Shown piece after piece: positions 18,584 to 27,274 of a DNA stretch of 64,000 nucleotides; the first letter of the stretch is position 1, and each line of letters starts with the position of its first letter. The notes beneath the pieces are model-generated. The model saw only the letters and a list, made by a program, of their open reading frames with translations. It searched no databases and had not been told where the DNA came from. This DNA is from an uncultured Pseudobdellovibrionaceae bacterium (GTDB lineage: Bacteria > Bdellovibrionota > Bdellovibrionia > Bdellovibrionales > UBA1609), in NCBI GenBank assembly GCA_964628445.1, contig CAZVOP010000008.1:5376-69375 (forward strand), given 5' to 3'. Made by a program: the position numbers and the translations under genes.

Positions 18584-21373
18584 ATGAAGACTTTAAAAAT
18601 GTTAGTGATCGCACAATTCGTATTCCTCGCTGCAGCTTGCTCGAAGACAGGAAGCTCAGGCGACATCCAACTCAAATCCGCTGCAAGTTGTGTGGCGCAA
18701 AAGCCCGCGGTGAATCCGGATGGCCTGGAAATCAAGGGAGCCGATGCCGCCCAAAAGGGACAAGTGGTTCGTTACGCCCTAAGTGAAGACTTAAGCTGTA
18801 ACACCAATCAGGAAGTTTCCTGGAAAACGGTGGCGACTTCCAATAGCGAGGGCACGGGCTCGGCCTATGTGGCCTCGTTCAAAAAAGCCGGTGAGTATGT
18901 GGTCACGGCAAGTATCACCGATCCCGCTTCAACCTCTCCTTATATGATATCCACCAAAACGATCGTGTCGGCGGATCTTGCGATCAACGGCCCACAAATC
19001 GGAATGGCCGAGTTACAGCATCATTTCTCTCTCGCTGTTCCCACGGATCTTACGCTGGCGTCAGCCGATTGGGATTTTGGCGATGGCAGCGCTCATGTTT
19101 CGTCCTTAGACGCCCAAGATCATACCTATATGATGGCCGGCGACTATGTGGTGACGGTGTCGGTACAAGCCACTAATGGCGACACGGCGACTTTAACCCA
19201 TGCCATTCATGTACTCCCTCCGACGGACGGAATGGAATGCGTGCGTGATTTGGCGACCTCTGGTCCAACGACGGCGGTTGCGGGGAATCCCGTAACACTT
19301 TCCGTTTTTATCCCACAATGTATTGCTTTTAGAGTCGGCGCGCTGGCTTGGAATTTCGGCGATGCCACGGCCGTCGACAGCAACCAAACCGCGACCCACA
19401 CGTATGCTGCGGCCGGTACTTACACGGTCACTCTGACTTTGATCGACAAACAGGGCCAACCGTTTTTGACATTAACGCGGACGATGGAAGTCAGTGCCTC
19501 GGGCGATGTGGATCCCGAAGATCCTCCGCCGGTGGACAACAACTCTTGCACCACCGTGGGCGCGCAGCGCACCTCTGATGGCGATATCTTTTCGGAAGAC
19601 GCGGCTTGTGGAGTGAACGGCACCAAAACGATGTCGTATCGCAATCACATTACCGAAGAGTGCCGCTTCACCGGCGAATCGCGCCGTTGGGTTGAAATCT
19701 CACGCGTAAAAGAATTGCTCAGCGAAGGCCAATGTCAAAATCAAGCCTGCGAGTTGCCGGCGGCCGCTATGACCGGCGTCGATCAAATCGCGATGGGCAT
19801 CTTGATCATCGGGGGCAAGTATTATCTGCCGAGCGGCACTTCGAAGACTTTTTATTCTTCGCAAACTCCGGCCGGCTCGTGCAGTGAAGTCGCGACCACG
19901 CGTTCTTGCGATAACGGCGTGCTCGGCGGATCGACCGCTAACGTTTTCTTGCTCTGTCACAACGGTTGCGCGGGCGTAGGCCCCCACGGCACGGTGCAAA
20001 CCGGCGTGAATGTCGGTCAAACAACCGTTCCGAAAACATGCTCTTTCGGTGAGACGGGCATTGTTGACACCTACACGCAAATCGCCGATCGCACTTGCGA
20101 CAGCGGTGAAGTGAAAACTTCGAACGTACGTACCGGCGGTCTTATGCTCGCAGGTGTATGCCCGACTTATTCTTATGGTGGAACGGAAAACTTCTCGGCT
20201 TGCTCGGCGGATTGCGGTGGCACTCAAACCCGCTTGTTTGAATGCCGCGATGACAAGGGCGTTGTCGCTCCGGCGGATCGTTGCATAGGCACGGCTCCGG
20301 TTGAGACTCGCGTTTGCGACGGCAATCCCGCGGCTGTACGCCGCACTGAATCCTCGACTTCGACCGAAGACGGCAGCAGCAGCATGGCTTGCCCGGCTAA
20401 CCAAATCGGTACGATTTCGAAAACTCGCGAAGTGGTGACCACCAAAGTGTATGCATGTATCAATCATCAGGTCGGCCTTGAAAGCTCAACGCCCGCATAT
20501 GGACCGTGGGTGGAAGAGCGCTATTGTAAGGACCTTGTGCCGCACCGTTGTTCGCAAGACTCTTTGAGTAACGAGGAGGCCAATGGCCGCTTCTTGTGGA
20601 TGCAAAAGTGCCGCGCGACGGTCCCGGCGATTGACGATTTTCTCAATGGCTTCGAAAAACTCGAAAAGCGCACGATCTATCATCAAGACAACTTGATTCT
20701 AGACGGCCGCATTGTTTACCCGACCTTTATGGATCACGGGAAGAATCCGGAAAAGCCGTGGATCGCACCGACTAAGCGAAGCGCTTCATGTAACGTTCCC
20801 GCAAAAGCTTATATCGCAACGGTCTGCTTGGCTTCATGTGCTACGCCTGAGCAAATGATTCTGGCGCAACCCGAAGCCAAAGGCCCGCTGAACTATGTGA
20901 AGATCTACGATGCTTGGGATAAGCAATTCCAGTTCGTGGCGACCATGACTTCGCAAAGCAATATGAGCAGCAAAGAAGTGCAAAAGACGAAAGTCGATCT
21001 GTGGGTTACGGAGCTTGTCGACACCCATCATGACGTCTTGGAGTTCACAATGAAGTCGGGACGACAGCTTCGTTTGACCCCGAATCATCCTGTGGTGACG
21101 ACAGAGGGGACAATGAAACTTTCCGGTGATTTCAAGGTCGGTGAACCGCTCGTGCAGCTTGGTGGGGTGCGTGATCCGATCGTGAGCATCAACAAGATCG
21201 ATTACTTCGGAAAGGTCTATAACGTCTTCACGAAGTCGAGCGAGATCCACAAGAACATCGTGGTCACGAACGGCTATTTGAACGGCACGGCTTATTTCCA
21301 AAACGACGGCGCCCAGCACTTGAATAGACGCTTGTTGCGCGGAGCCCTGATCCGTGGAGTGCTCGACAAATGA
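18584..21373 (+). CDS. large lipoprotein with PKD repeats, Cys-rich TSP1-like module(s) and a C-terminal Hint domain
   Basis: Lipobox MKTLKMLVIAQFVFLAAAC. PKD motifs WDFGDGS...HTY..AGDYVVTV and WNFGDAT...HTYAAAGTYTVTL. The block CSADCGGTQTRLFECRDDKG...DRC......VETRVCDG is TSP1-like. Hint blocks are C.TPEQMIL, LRLTPNHPVV and VYNVFT...HKNIVVTNGYL. Confidence 0.8.
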   Translation: MKTLKMLVIAQFVFLAAACSKTGSSGDIQLKSAASCVAQKPAVNPDGLEIKGADAAQKGQVVRYALSEDLSCNTNQEVSWKTVATSNSEGTGSAYVASFKKAGEYVVTASITDPASTSPYMISTKTIVSADLAINGPQIGMAELQHHFSLAVPTDLTLASADWDFGDGSAHVSSLDAQDHTYMMAGDYVVTVSVQATNGDTATLTHAIHVLPPTDGMECVRDLATSGPTTAVAGNPVTLSVFIPQCIAFRVGALAWNFGDATAVDSNQTATHTYAAAGTYTVTLTLIDKQGQPFLTLTRTMEVSASGDVDPEDPPPVDNNSCTTVGAQRTSDGDIFSEDAACGVNGTKTMSYRNHITEECRFTGESRRWVEISRVKELLSEGQCQNQACELPAAAMTGVDQIAMGILIIGGKYYLPSGTSKTFYSSQTPAGSCSEVATTRSCDNGVLGGSTANVFLLCHNGCAGVGPHGTVQTGVNVGQTTVPKTCSFGETGIVDTYTQIADRTCDSGEVKTSNVRTGGLMLAGVCPTYSYGGTENFSACSADCGGTQTRLFECRDDKGVVAPADRCIGTAPVETRVCDGNPAAVRRTESSTSTEDGSSSMACPANQIGTISKTREVVTTKVYACINHQVGLESSTPAYGPWVEERYCKDLVPHRCSQDSLSNEEANGRFLWMQKCRATVPAIDDFLNGFEKLEKRTIYHQDNLILDGRIVYPTFMDHGKNPEKPWIAPTKRSASCNVPAKAYIATVCLASCATPEQMILAQPEAKGPLNYVKIYDAWDKQFQFVATMTSQSNMSSKEVQKTKVDLWVTELVDTHHDVLEFTMKSGRQLRLTPNHPVVTTEGTMKLSGDFKVGEPLVQLGGVRDPIVSINKIDYFGKVYNVFTKSSEIHKNIVVTNGYLNGTAYFQNDGAQHLNRRLLRGALIRGVLDK

Positions 21374-22047
21374 ATAAGCGCTCAGTGATCACGATCGTGT
21401 GTTTAGTCTTAGGATACTGGGCGATTTCGATGACGAAGTCGCTGGCGACCAAGGACGGAAATCTTAAACTCTCAAGTGAAGAAGTGGAGGCGCGCCAAAC
21501 GGTGGCGCGCTCTCCCGCTGAAGCGAAGCCCAGCGGCATGGTTGCAGTCACCAAAGCCGACATCCCTCCGCCGCCCGAAACCAAACCTCCCGTACTGTTT
21601 GAGTCGCAAGCGGAGCTAAATGTTTACGCGGGTTTAAAGACGAAGGTTCTTCCGTCAGATGCGGAAAAATCAGAAAAGCAAAGACTGTTGAACAACAAAC
21701 ACGTCATCGCCGATATCGCCGCTCGCCTGATCACCATCCCTTTAATACCGCTCGGCCAACAAGACGTGGCCATTGATTTTCTAGTCGATGCCTTAAAAGG
21801 CGGGGATAAAGCGGCGACCGAAGAAGCCATGCGCGCGATCGTGCGCGATATGCAAGTTGAGGACACCAAGCTTGCCGTGGAAGTGCGCGAACAATTGGCC
21901 GGCATCAAGGCCGAGATCCTCTACAACTGGGCGGCCCTTGCGCCCGATGAGCAAGGCGACATCGCCCGCCAATTGCCCGGCCCCGCCAGCGAAAGGATCT
22001 GGCGCAACGTTCAAGACGCCCACGCCTCCAACCTCGCCGAGCACTGA
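21370..22047 (+). CDS. hypothetical membrane-anchored protein
   Basis: ATGA overlap with the Hint lipoprotein gene. N-terminal TM segment VITIVCLVLGYWAISM. Confidence 0.6.
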   Translation: MNKRSVITIVCLVLGYWAISMTKSLATKDGNLKLSSEEVEARQTVARSPAEAKPSGMVAVTKADIPPPPETKPPVLFESQAELNVYAGLKTKVLPSDAEKSEKQRLLNNKHVIADIAARLITIPLIPLGQQDVAIDFLVDALKGGDKAATEEAMRAIVRDMQVEDTKLAVEVREQLAGIKAEILYNWAALAPDEQGDIARQLPGPASERIWRNVQDAHASNLAEH

Positions 22048-22104
22048 TTCGCACCGAGTTGGCTCAAGCTTTTCACGGCCCCGTTTTTGAAGTACATATT
22101 CCTC

Positions 22105-22896
22105 ATGGCCAAAATCCGGTTTTTAAAACGATTTCGAGCCCATGCCGTGTCGATTTTATTGGCTATGGCTTGCTCAATTTCGGCCCTCGCTCAAAATACG
22201 GCCTCTTTGAAAGACTATAAGAGTTCGAAGCAAATTCTTCGCTTCGTCGGCACCTATATGATTGCTGGAGGGAGCGGAGAGGAGGCCCCCGCGTCGATGG
22301 TTATAGAAGACGGGAATTTGCGGTTTTTCATGATCTGCTCCTATGGTCAGATCTGCAATATTCCCCAAATTCCATTGAATCAGTTAGACCAAACCGTACG
22401 CAATGACTACTCGGGTGTCGTGAGCGAATACCGCCTGGACGGCGACACTCTTACTTGCCAGATCACGACGCGAGTGAACCGATGGAACCGCGTCGTCCGC
22501 CGCTTGGAATATAAACTTTCGGGCTCCGAACTATCTCTCAACGACACGCAAGTTTTCCAGCGACGCAAATTCTTAGGACGTGCATGGGTCAATGACACCG
22601 AAAGTTCAAAAGGTTACCGTTATGCCCACAACTATAAAGGCCGCTTCGTGAAAGTTTCGGAAAAACCGTTGCCGAGCGCGGAAATGCGCAAAATCAGTGA
22701 TGACCTTGATGTGGTCCGAGCCTGGCTTAAGCGCCGATACAATACGCCGACGGAAACTCAGCATGAAGTGATCGATCTTGCCCCGTTTCAAGAGAAGCAA
22801 GCCAGGAGTCTCCCGCGCAAAAGAAAATCGCAAAACGCGGAGATCCTCCAGTTCCCCGGCACGAAGAACGGCTGCGAGGAAAATCTAATTCCTTAA
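22105..22896 (+). CDS. hypothetical secreted protein
   Basis: ORF with a signal-like segment AVSILLAMACSISALAQN. The ATG at 22105 is preferred over the alternative start at 22087. Confidence 0.5.
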   Translation: MAKIRFLKRFRAHAVSILLAMACSISALAQNTASLKDYKSSKQILRFVGTYMIAGGSGEEAPASMVIEDGNLRFFMICSYGQICNIPQIPLNQLDQTVRNDYSGVVSEYRLDGDTLTCQITTRVNRWNRVVRRLEYKLSGSELSLNDTQVFQRRKFLGRAWVNDTESSKGYRYAHNYKGRFVKVSEKPLPSAEMRKISDDLDVVRAWLKRRYNTPTETQHEVIDLAPFQEKQARSLPRKRKSQNAEILQFPGTKNGCEENLIP

Positions 22897-23127
22897 GTCG
22901 TGCTACCGGTATTTTTAGAGGGGTGGCCGAGGTACTCAGTCTGCTGCTTTTTGCGGCAAATTCCCCCAGGATCACCGACGTGGAGAAGGATGCCTCGTGG
23001 GTCTGGGCGGCCGTCGTAGATGGGGATCTCGCCAAGGCTTCGGAGTTCGGCATCGATCCGCTCACGCGGAGCCTTTAACGCACCGTTTAGCCGCTACGGC
23101 AGTGATTCAAAAACTTCAATTCAATCG

Positions 23128-23156
23128 TTGCCAGGACCGCGTATTTTCAATAGATT
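23128..23156 (+). promoter_or_regulatory. candidate sigma70-type promoter for tRNA-Asp
   Basis: TTGCCA, a 17-nt spacer, then TAGATT, ending 22 nt upstream of the tRNA 5' end. Confidence 0.35.
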
Positions 23157-23178
23157 GCGTGGTTCCGATACGTGATGC

Positions 23179-23255
23179 GGGGTGGTAGTTAAGTTGGTTA
23201 TAACGTCCGCCTGTCACGCGGAAGGCCGCGGGTTCGAGTCCCGTCCACCCCGCCA
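23179..23255 (+). tRNA. tRNA-Asp (anticodon GTC)
   Basis: Manual cloverleaf: GGGGTGG-TA-GTTA-AGTTGGTTA-TAAC-G-TCCGC-CTGTCAC-GCGGA-AGGCC-GCGGG-TTCGAGT-CCCGT-CCACCCC-G-CCA. It is colinear with E. coli tRNA-Asp and has an encoded CCA. Confidence 0.95.
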
Positions 23256-23402
23256 TTTCAGATCCTAGAGGTCTGGTCACCTTTCGGTTCCCCAAAATCT
23301 TACATTCTGTTGTGTTGTTCGCCTCCGGCGAACGTGTTCGCGCTTTTGCGCTCACGCTCCCGTTGGTCGCGTTTGATTTACCTTCGGCGCCGAAGGTGTT
23401 GG
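23248..23402 (+). repeat. 155-bp direct repeat, copy A (last 8 nt of tRNA-Asp plus a hairpin-rich downstream element)
   Basis: Aligns by eye with 34129-34283 with 4 mismatches. It contains hairpins GTTCGCC-tcc-GGCGAAC (23317-23333) and GCGC-tttt-GCGC, and the ACCTTCGGCGCCGAAGGT palindrome (23379-23398). Confidence 0.9.
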
Positions 23403-23426
23403 GGTGGACGGGACTCGAACCCGCGG
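23401..23426 (-). repeat. inverted 26-nt copy of the tRNA-Asp T-arm/acceptor 3' half
   Basis: GGGGTGGACGGGACTCGAACCCGCGG is the exact reverse complement of 23226-23251. No complete cloverleaf surrounds it. Confidence 0.9.
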
Positions 23427-23498
23427 GTGAGGGGGAGTGGCAGCCCCGCCAATTTTCCCTCAACGGGAAACGATTTTTCGGTTCAGCCAATCCCAGGT

Positions 23499-24050
23499 TC
23501 AGTAAGTCAAGAACGTCAGGTGATCATTTTCACTCATAATATTTGGTTTGCGACAGAAGTTCTGAGGCATTTTGAGAAAACACCACAAGATTGTTTCTTC
23601 TATGACGTTCAAAGTGATGGCGATGTAAGAGGCATAGTATCAAGAGGCACTTCGCCGAGAAGCGATACGTTTAATTCGCTTAGAGGAAAGATCAACACTC
23701 TGATCCAGGCAGCTGGCCCAGCCACGGGAGAAGTTCAGCAAGCCCTTGTTGAAAAGGGCTACGATCATCTTCGCAGCCTATGTGAAGTGGTTGTTGAAAC
23801 AGATCTTCTCCAGGGCGTCACCAAGAGGTATCAGCCGAATGTTCGGATGACCGTCCTCGACAAGATAAGGTGCGATCGACTTCCGACCGCTATCGAAGCG
23901 ATTCAGCCTGTATTTGATAAGTGCTGCAGACAAATAGCGGCACATTCTCAACCGCTTGAGACTTTAAATGTGAGAGCCAATCTCACAGATTTAAAAGCTG
24001 ATTTTGCCGCCGTATCTTCGGCAAGGGACCTGTATCTCAATGGAAAATAA
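23499..24050 (+). pseudogene. 5'-truncated AAA_13/PrrC-RloC-like ABC-type ATPase (C-terminal ~180 aa only)
   Basis: The frame reads QVIIFTHNIWFATEV (a D-loop/H-loop-like block of AAA_13 ATPases) followed by a C-terminal helical region. Upstream, the same frame runs through repeat and tRNA-derived DNA. No Walker A is present. Confidence 0.5.
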
Positions 24051-24203
24051 GGAGCACTGAATCTGAGATTAGAAGTCTCTTAAGGCGATCTATTGACGGC
24101 AGATCGATTATGAATTAGCGTGACCTTACTCCATTTGGTTGGGGTATTTAGCCATTTGCTTGGCAACAAACTGAACTTAAAAAATTTAATAACGGAGAAT
24201 GAG

Positions 24204-24827
24204 ATGGATAAATCTGCCATTAAGGCGGCGATCGATGCTCAATCCAAGTTGATGGACTCAATTCCCATCGACGAGGCATTGGTGTCGGAAATTGACCGTC
24301 ATATTAAGGATACTGAAAACCAATTAAACCTGCGGCTGGTCCACATACCGGCAAAGTTCGTCATCCAAAACTTTTTGCCTGAGGTAAGCAAGCGAGGCAC
24401 TTTGCCATCGATTGTAAGCGAAGAAATTTGGGAGAGCTTTCTTTTCGGAAAGAACTGGTTTGCTCAAAAGGCGGTTCATAAGGAGATTTCATTCGACAGA
24501 CACGCGAAAGGTTTCGGCTTCTTTTATACGACTGGAGAGGTCACTTTCGATCTTGGTGTTGTCGAGTGCGACGGAGTGGACTGGTATGTACGAGTTCTCG
24601 AAGACAAACGAGAAACCCATAAACTCACAGGCGCATCTGTGGAGATCAAGTTAACGGCCTTTCAGTATTTGGAGACATTGTTGGCGCAGATCAATGATCA
24701 GGCCCACCTGATCGCCGATAAGTATCGCGCTGATCTCACAAGAGATGCTCTCGAAGGACATACCGGTATGCAAGTTATCGGAGGATGGAATCGTTTTTTT
24801 AGCACGGACCCATCCCAGATGCCATAA
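24204..24827 (+). CDS. hypothetical protein
   Basis: ORF with a GGAGA RBS before ATG 24204 and a terminator downstream. No recognisable family. Confidence 0.5.
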   Translation: MDKSAIKAAIDAQSKLMDSIPIDEALVSEIDRHIKDTENQLNLRLVHIPAKFVIQNFLPEVSKRGTLPSIVSEEIWESFLFGKNWFAQKAVHKEISFDRHAKGFGFFYTTGEVTFDLGVVECDGVDWYVRVLEDKRETHKLTGASVEIKLTAFQYLETLLAQINDQAHLIADKYRADLTRDALEGHTGMQVIGGWNRFFSTDPSQMP

Positions 24828-24840
24828 TTGTTAGAATGAC

Positions 24841-24869
24841 GGGCGGGGCTTATGCTCCGCCCACTTTTT
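24841..24869 (+). terminator. intrinsic terminator
   Basis: GGGCGGGG-cttatg-CTCCGCCC hairpin followed by ACTTTTT. Confidence 0.6.
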
Positions 24870-24902
24870 CAGAAGAACATTTGGGATGGCACGATGGGTT
24901 AG

Positions 24903-25012
24903 GGCTAGTTAGCCTGGTTACAAAAGCCAGAAATCGCCTGAAATCACTCGACGTCACGAAATGGCTGACTTAGCCCAATATCAGACCTAAATATTCGGAA
25001 CTACAAGAGCTG
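24903..25012 (+). repeat. ~110-bp direct repeat, copy 1 (flanks the DUF2235 cassette)
   Basis: Aligns by eye with 26118-26227, with many substitutions in the middle. Long exact blocks are GGCTAGTTAGCCTGGTT and GGCTGACTTAGCCCAATATCAGACCTAAATA. Confidence 0.85.
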
Positions 25013-25063
25013 AAGCATCTGACGTTTGCAGAATAAAAAAGAGATACAGAAACAGGATTTTAT

Positions 25064-26077
25064 ATGAAAAAGACAATTTTTATTTTCAATGACGGAACTG
25101 GACAATATTTAAAAAGCGAAGCTGTAACGAATGTTGCAAAACTTTATCGTTGTAGGCCAGGCGAAATTGGCAAGCAGAACTCCGCGGATGAATTCAAAAT
25201 CGATTCATCAAATGGCAATGTTTCGATTTATATCCGTGGAATTGGCACCATTGACAATCGATTCGTGCAAGAACCAAAGGACCAGTCTATCTGGGACAAA
25301 ATTTGTAGTTTATTTTCAACGAAGGCAAGGGAGCTTGGAGAGCAAGTCAGTGGCACCACGATCATTGACAGAGTCCAGCGATCATATGATCTATTCAATG
25401 AGTTCTATGCACATGGCGACGACATTATTTTAGTCGGTTTCAGCAGAGGAGCTGCTTCGATCAGGATATTGGCTTCTGAGTTGGTCAAACGTCACAATGT
25501 TAATATCAAATATATGCTAGTTTTTGACACAGTTTACTCTGTCATGGGCCAAATCAAAATCTTAGACAATGCCCCAACCGATCGTTTCGCAGATTTTGAT
25601 TTATCGCCGAAAATTCTTCAATGTGATCATTTAATTGCAGGAGATGAGATGAGGGAGAAATTTCCGATCTCGCCAATTAACAAACGTGAAGGGGTTCGTC
25701 AGGTTCTATTCGCAGGGTCACACTCTGATGTCGGGGGCGGACATTCCGCATGTGGTTTGTCCGATATAAGTCTCTCTTTCGCTTTGGAGCAGTTGCGATC
25801 ATATGGCTACGACTCCGATGCAAAAGCTCTTGCAAGTTTGAATGTCGCACCAAACATTCAACAAGAAATAACTTTTGTTGTATTGGGAGGAACCGGCCAA
25901 AGACATTTCCCCAGAAAATTGCAAGAACTGGAATTCGTTGTACATCGCTCGGTCATAGATCGTTCAGCCATAAGAGGAGCTGTTTCGATCGCTTTGGCTC
26001 AGCTTAGTACTTTTACGACGAAATCTGGGGATGAACTGGTCAATCCAAAGGATATTGACTCAAGCTTTGATTTATAG
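25064..26077 (+). CDS. DUF2235 alpha/beta hydrolase (T6SS Tle1-like phospholipase family)
   Basis: IFIFNDGTGQ N-terminus, GFSRGAASIR nucleophile elbow, and the FAGSHSDVGGGH block typical of DUF2235. Confidence 0.8.
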   Translation: MKKTIFIFNDGTGQYLKSEAVTNVAKLYRCRPGEIGKQNSADEFKIDSSNGNVSIYIRGIGTIDNRFVQEPKDQSIWDKICSLFSTKARELGEQVSGTTIIDRVQRSYDLFNEFYAHGDDIILVGFSRGAASIRILASELVKRHNVNIKYMLVFDTVYSVMGQIKILDNAPTDRFADFDLSPKILQCDHLIAGDEMREKFPISPINKREGVRQVLFAGSHSDVGGGHSACGLSDISLSFALEQLRSYGYDSDAKALASLNVAPNIQQEITFVVLGGTGQRHFPRKLQELEFVVHRSVIDRSAIRGAVSIALAQLSTFTTKSGDELVNPKDIDSSFDL

Positions 26078-26117
26078 CTCGAACGCACTAATTGGCTTGG
26101 ATAGCATGATGTATCAA

Positions 26118-26227
26118 GGCTAGTTAGCCTGGTTGCAAAAATGAATGTCACCCAAGATCACCCGACGTCACACGTTTGGCTGACTTAGCCCAATATCAGA
26201 CCTAAATAATCGGAATTACAGGTGCTG
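26118..26227 (+). repeat. ~110-bp direct repeat, copy 2
   Basis: See 24903-25012. This copy directly abuts the tRNA-3'-end copy at 26229. Confidence 0.85.
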
Positions 26228-26228
26228 T

Positions 26229-26244
26229 GTCCACCCCGCCATTT
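26229..26244 (+). repeat. direct 16-nt copy of the tRNA-Asp 3' end plus flank (att-like)
   Basis: GTCCACCCCGCCATTT is identical to 23243-23258. Confidence 0.8.
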
Positions 26245-26458
26245 ATTCAAATCGGTCACACCAACAAACATTGAAAACGGCTTTTTGAAGTCATAACGGA
26301 GACTTCCGTTTTCAATTCGCGGGTTCGATAATGGGGCTAAAGTCGTCCATTCGACTCCGTCAAAACTTCCGACACTCCTGATATCGGGAATACCTGTTTA
26401 CCCGTATACCGGATATCCGAATGAAAACCCTTACTTAGACTGGGTCGATATCTACGGC

Positions 26459-27223
26459 TCATCTAGAATAGATGAATTCCTTGGCCTTCTGTGCAACCCC
26501 TTCGGCTCCTCCGAACAGATGATATCCATCAATATTCATCATTTCCAGATCCCTAAAGGCTTCTCGAATGACGGATTCAGGAAACTCAATCTTAATGAGT
26601 AAACTCTTTTGAATTTCATCAATTTTATCCGAGAGGGAAGGTTCTAGAGATAAATCCAGTAAAAAAATACTCTTCTGCATCAAGGGACGCTCAAAAAAAG
26701 GAGCAGGTTTTATGGGAAGGGGTGGAAACTTTCTGGAAGATCTGATGAGGCTTATAAAAAGTTTATTTTTCAAATTCGTGATCTGTCCTCCAAGAGTGTG
26801 GAGATCCGAGTAATTTTCGCCGAGCTTTTTCTTATACTGTTCGAGATTGAGGGCAAAGAGGGTCTTTGAGGCTAGGGAGTAGCGAGTAAAGTAGGTGGCA
26901 ATATAGGGCGAGAACGTCCAGTCGAGCAAACGCGTGGGACACCCATGATGTTGCATGATTTGCATAACATCGATCCACGTAAGATCGGTAGGAGCGTTGA
27001 TTTTCGTGTAGGCAATACTGTCCCTAAAGTAGTTGAGTGCCTTAAATTCAATATCCGGCCAATTGCTTTCCTGAATGTTTTGGTGGAAAAGATGACGATA
27101 TAGCGAGGATGAAAGATCAAATTTGGAATCTGCATGTCCTCTCCAAATGAATTCACCCTCAGAATTTAATTGGTCAATGAGAGATTTAACATGTGACCAT
27201 TTATCAAGAACATAGGTTTCCAT
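26459..27223 (-). CDS. FRG domain protein
   Basis: FIWRGHADSKFDLSSSLYR and MQHHGCPTRLLDWTFSPYIATYF match the FRG domain signature (FRGq...; HyG.pTrlLDwT). Confidence 0.8.
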   Translation of the reverse strand: METYVLDKWSHVKSLIDQLNSEGEFIWRGHADSKFDLSSSLYRHLFHQNIQESNWPDIEFKALNYFRDSIAYTKINAPTDLTWIDVMQIMQHHGCPTRLLDWTFSPYIATYFTRYSLASKTLFALNLEQYKKKLGENYSDLHTLGGQITNLKNKLFISLIRSSRKFPPLPIKPAPFFERPLMQKSIFLLDLSLEPSLSDKIDEIQKSLLIKIEFPESVIREAFRDLEMMNIDGYHLFGGAEGVAQKAKEFIYSR

Positions 27224-27274
27224 ACTGGATTCTAGGAATCCAAATCAAATGAAGTCAAACAGTGGGTAGGCAAA

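Noticed and set aside
20824-21303. The Hint domain as a true intein.
   Set aside because: It is at the C-terminus of a secreted lipoprotein with only ~25 residues after it. There is no interrupted host enzyme and no canonical terminal HN plus a Cys, Ser or Thr junction.
23401-23470. A second, minus-strand tRNA gene, suggested by the inverted T-arm/acceptor sequence.
   Set aside because: Only the 3' 26 nt are present. The reverse complement of the downstream DNA has no matching 5' acceptor arm, D-arm or anticodon arm.
23116-23539. ORFs 23116-23490 (-) and 23312-23539 (+) near tRNA-Asp.
   Set aside because: They are translated through the tRNA gene and the tRNA-derived or palindromic repeats. 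These are artefacts.
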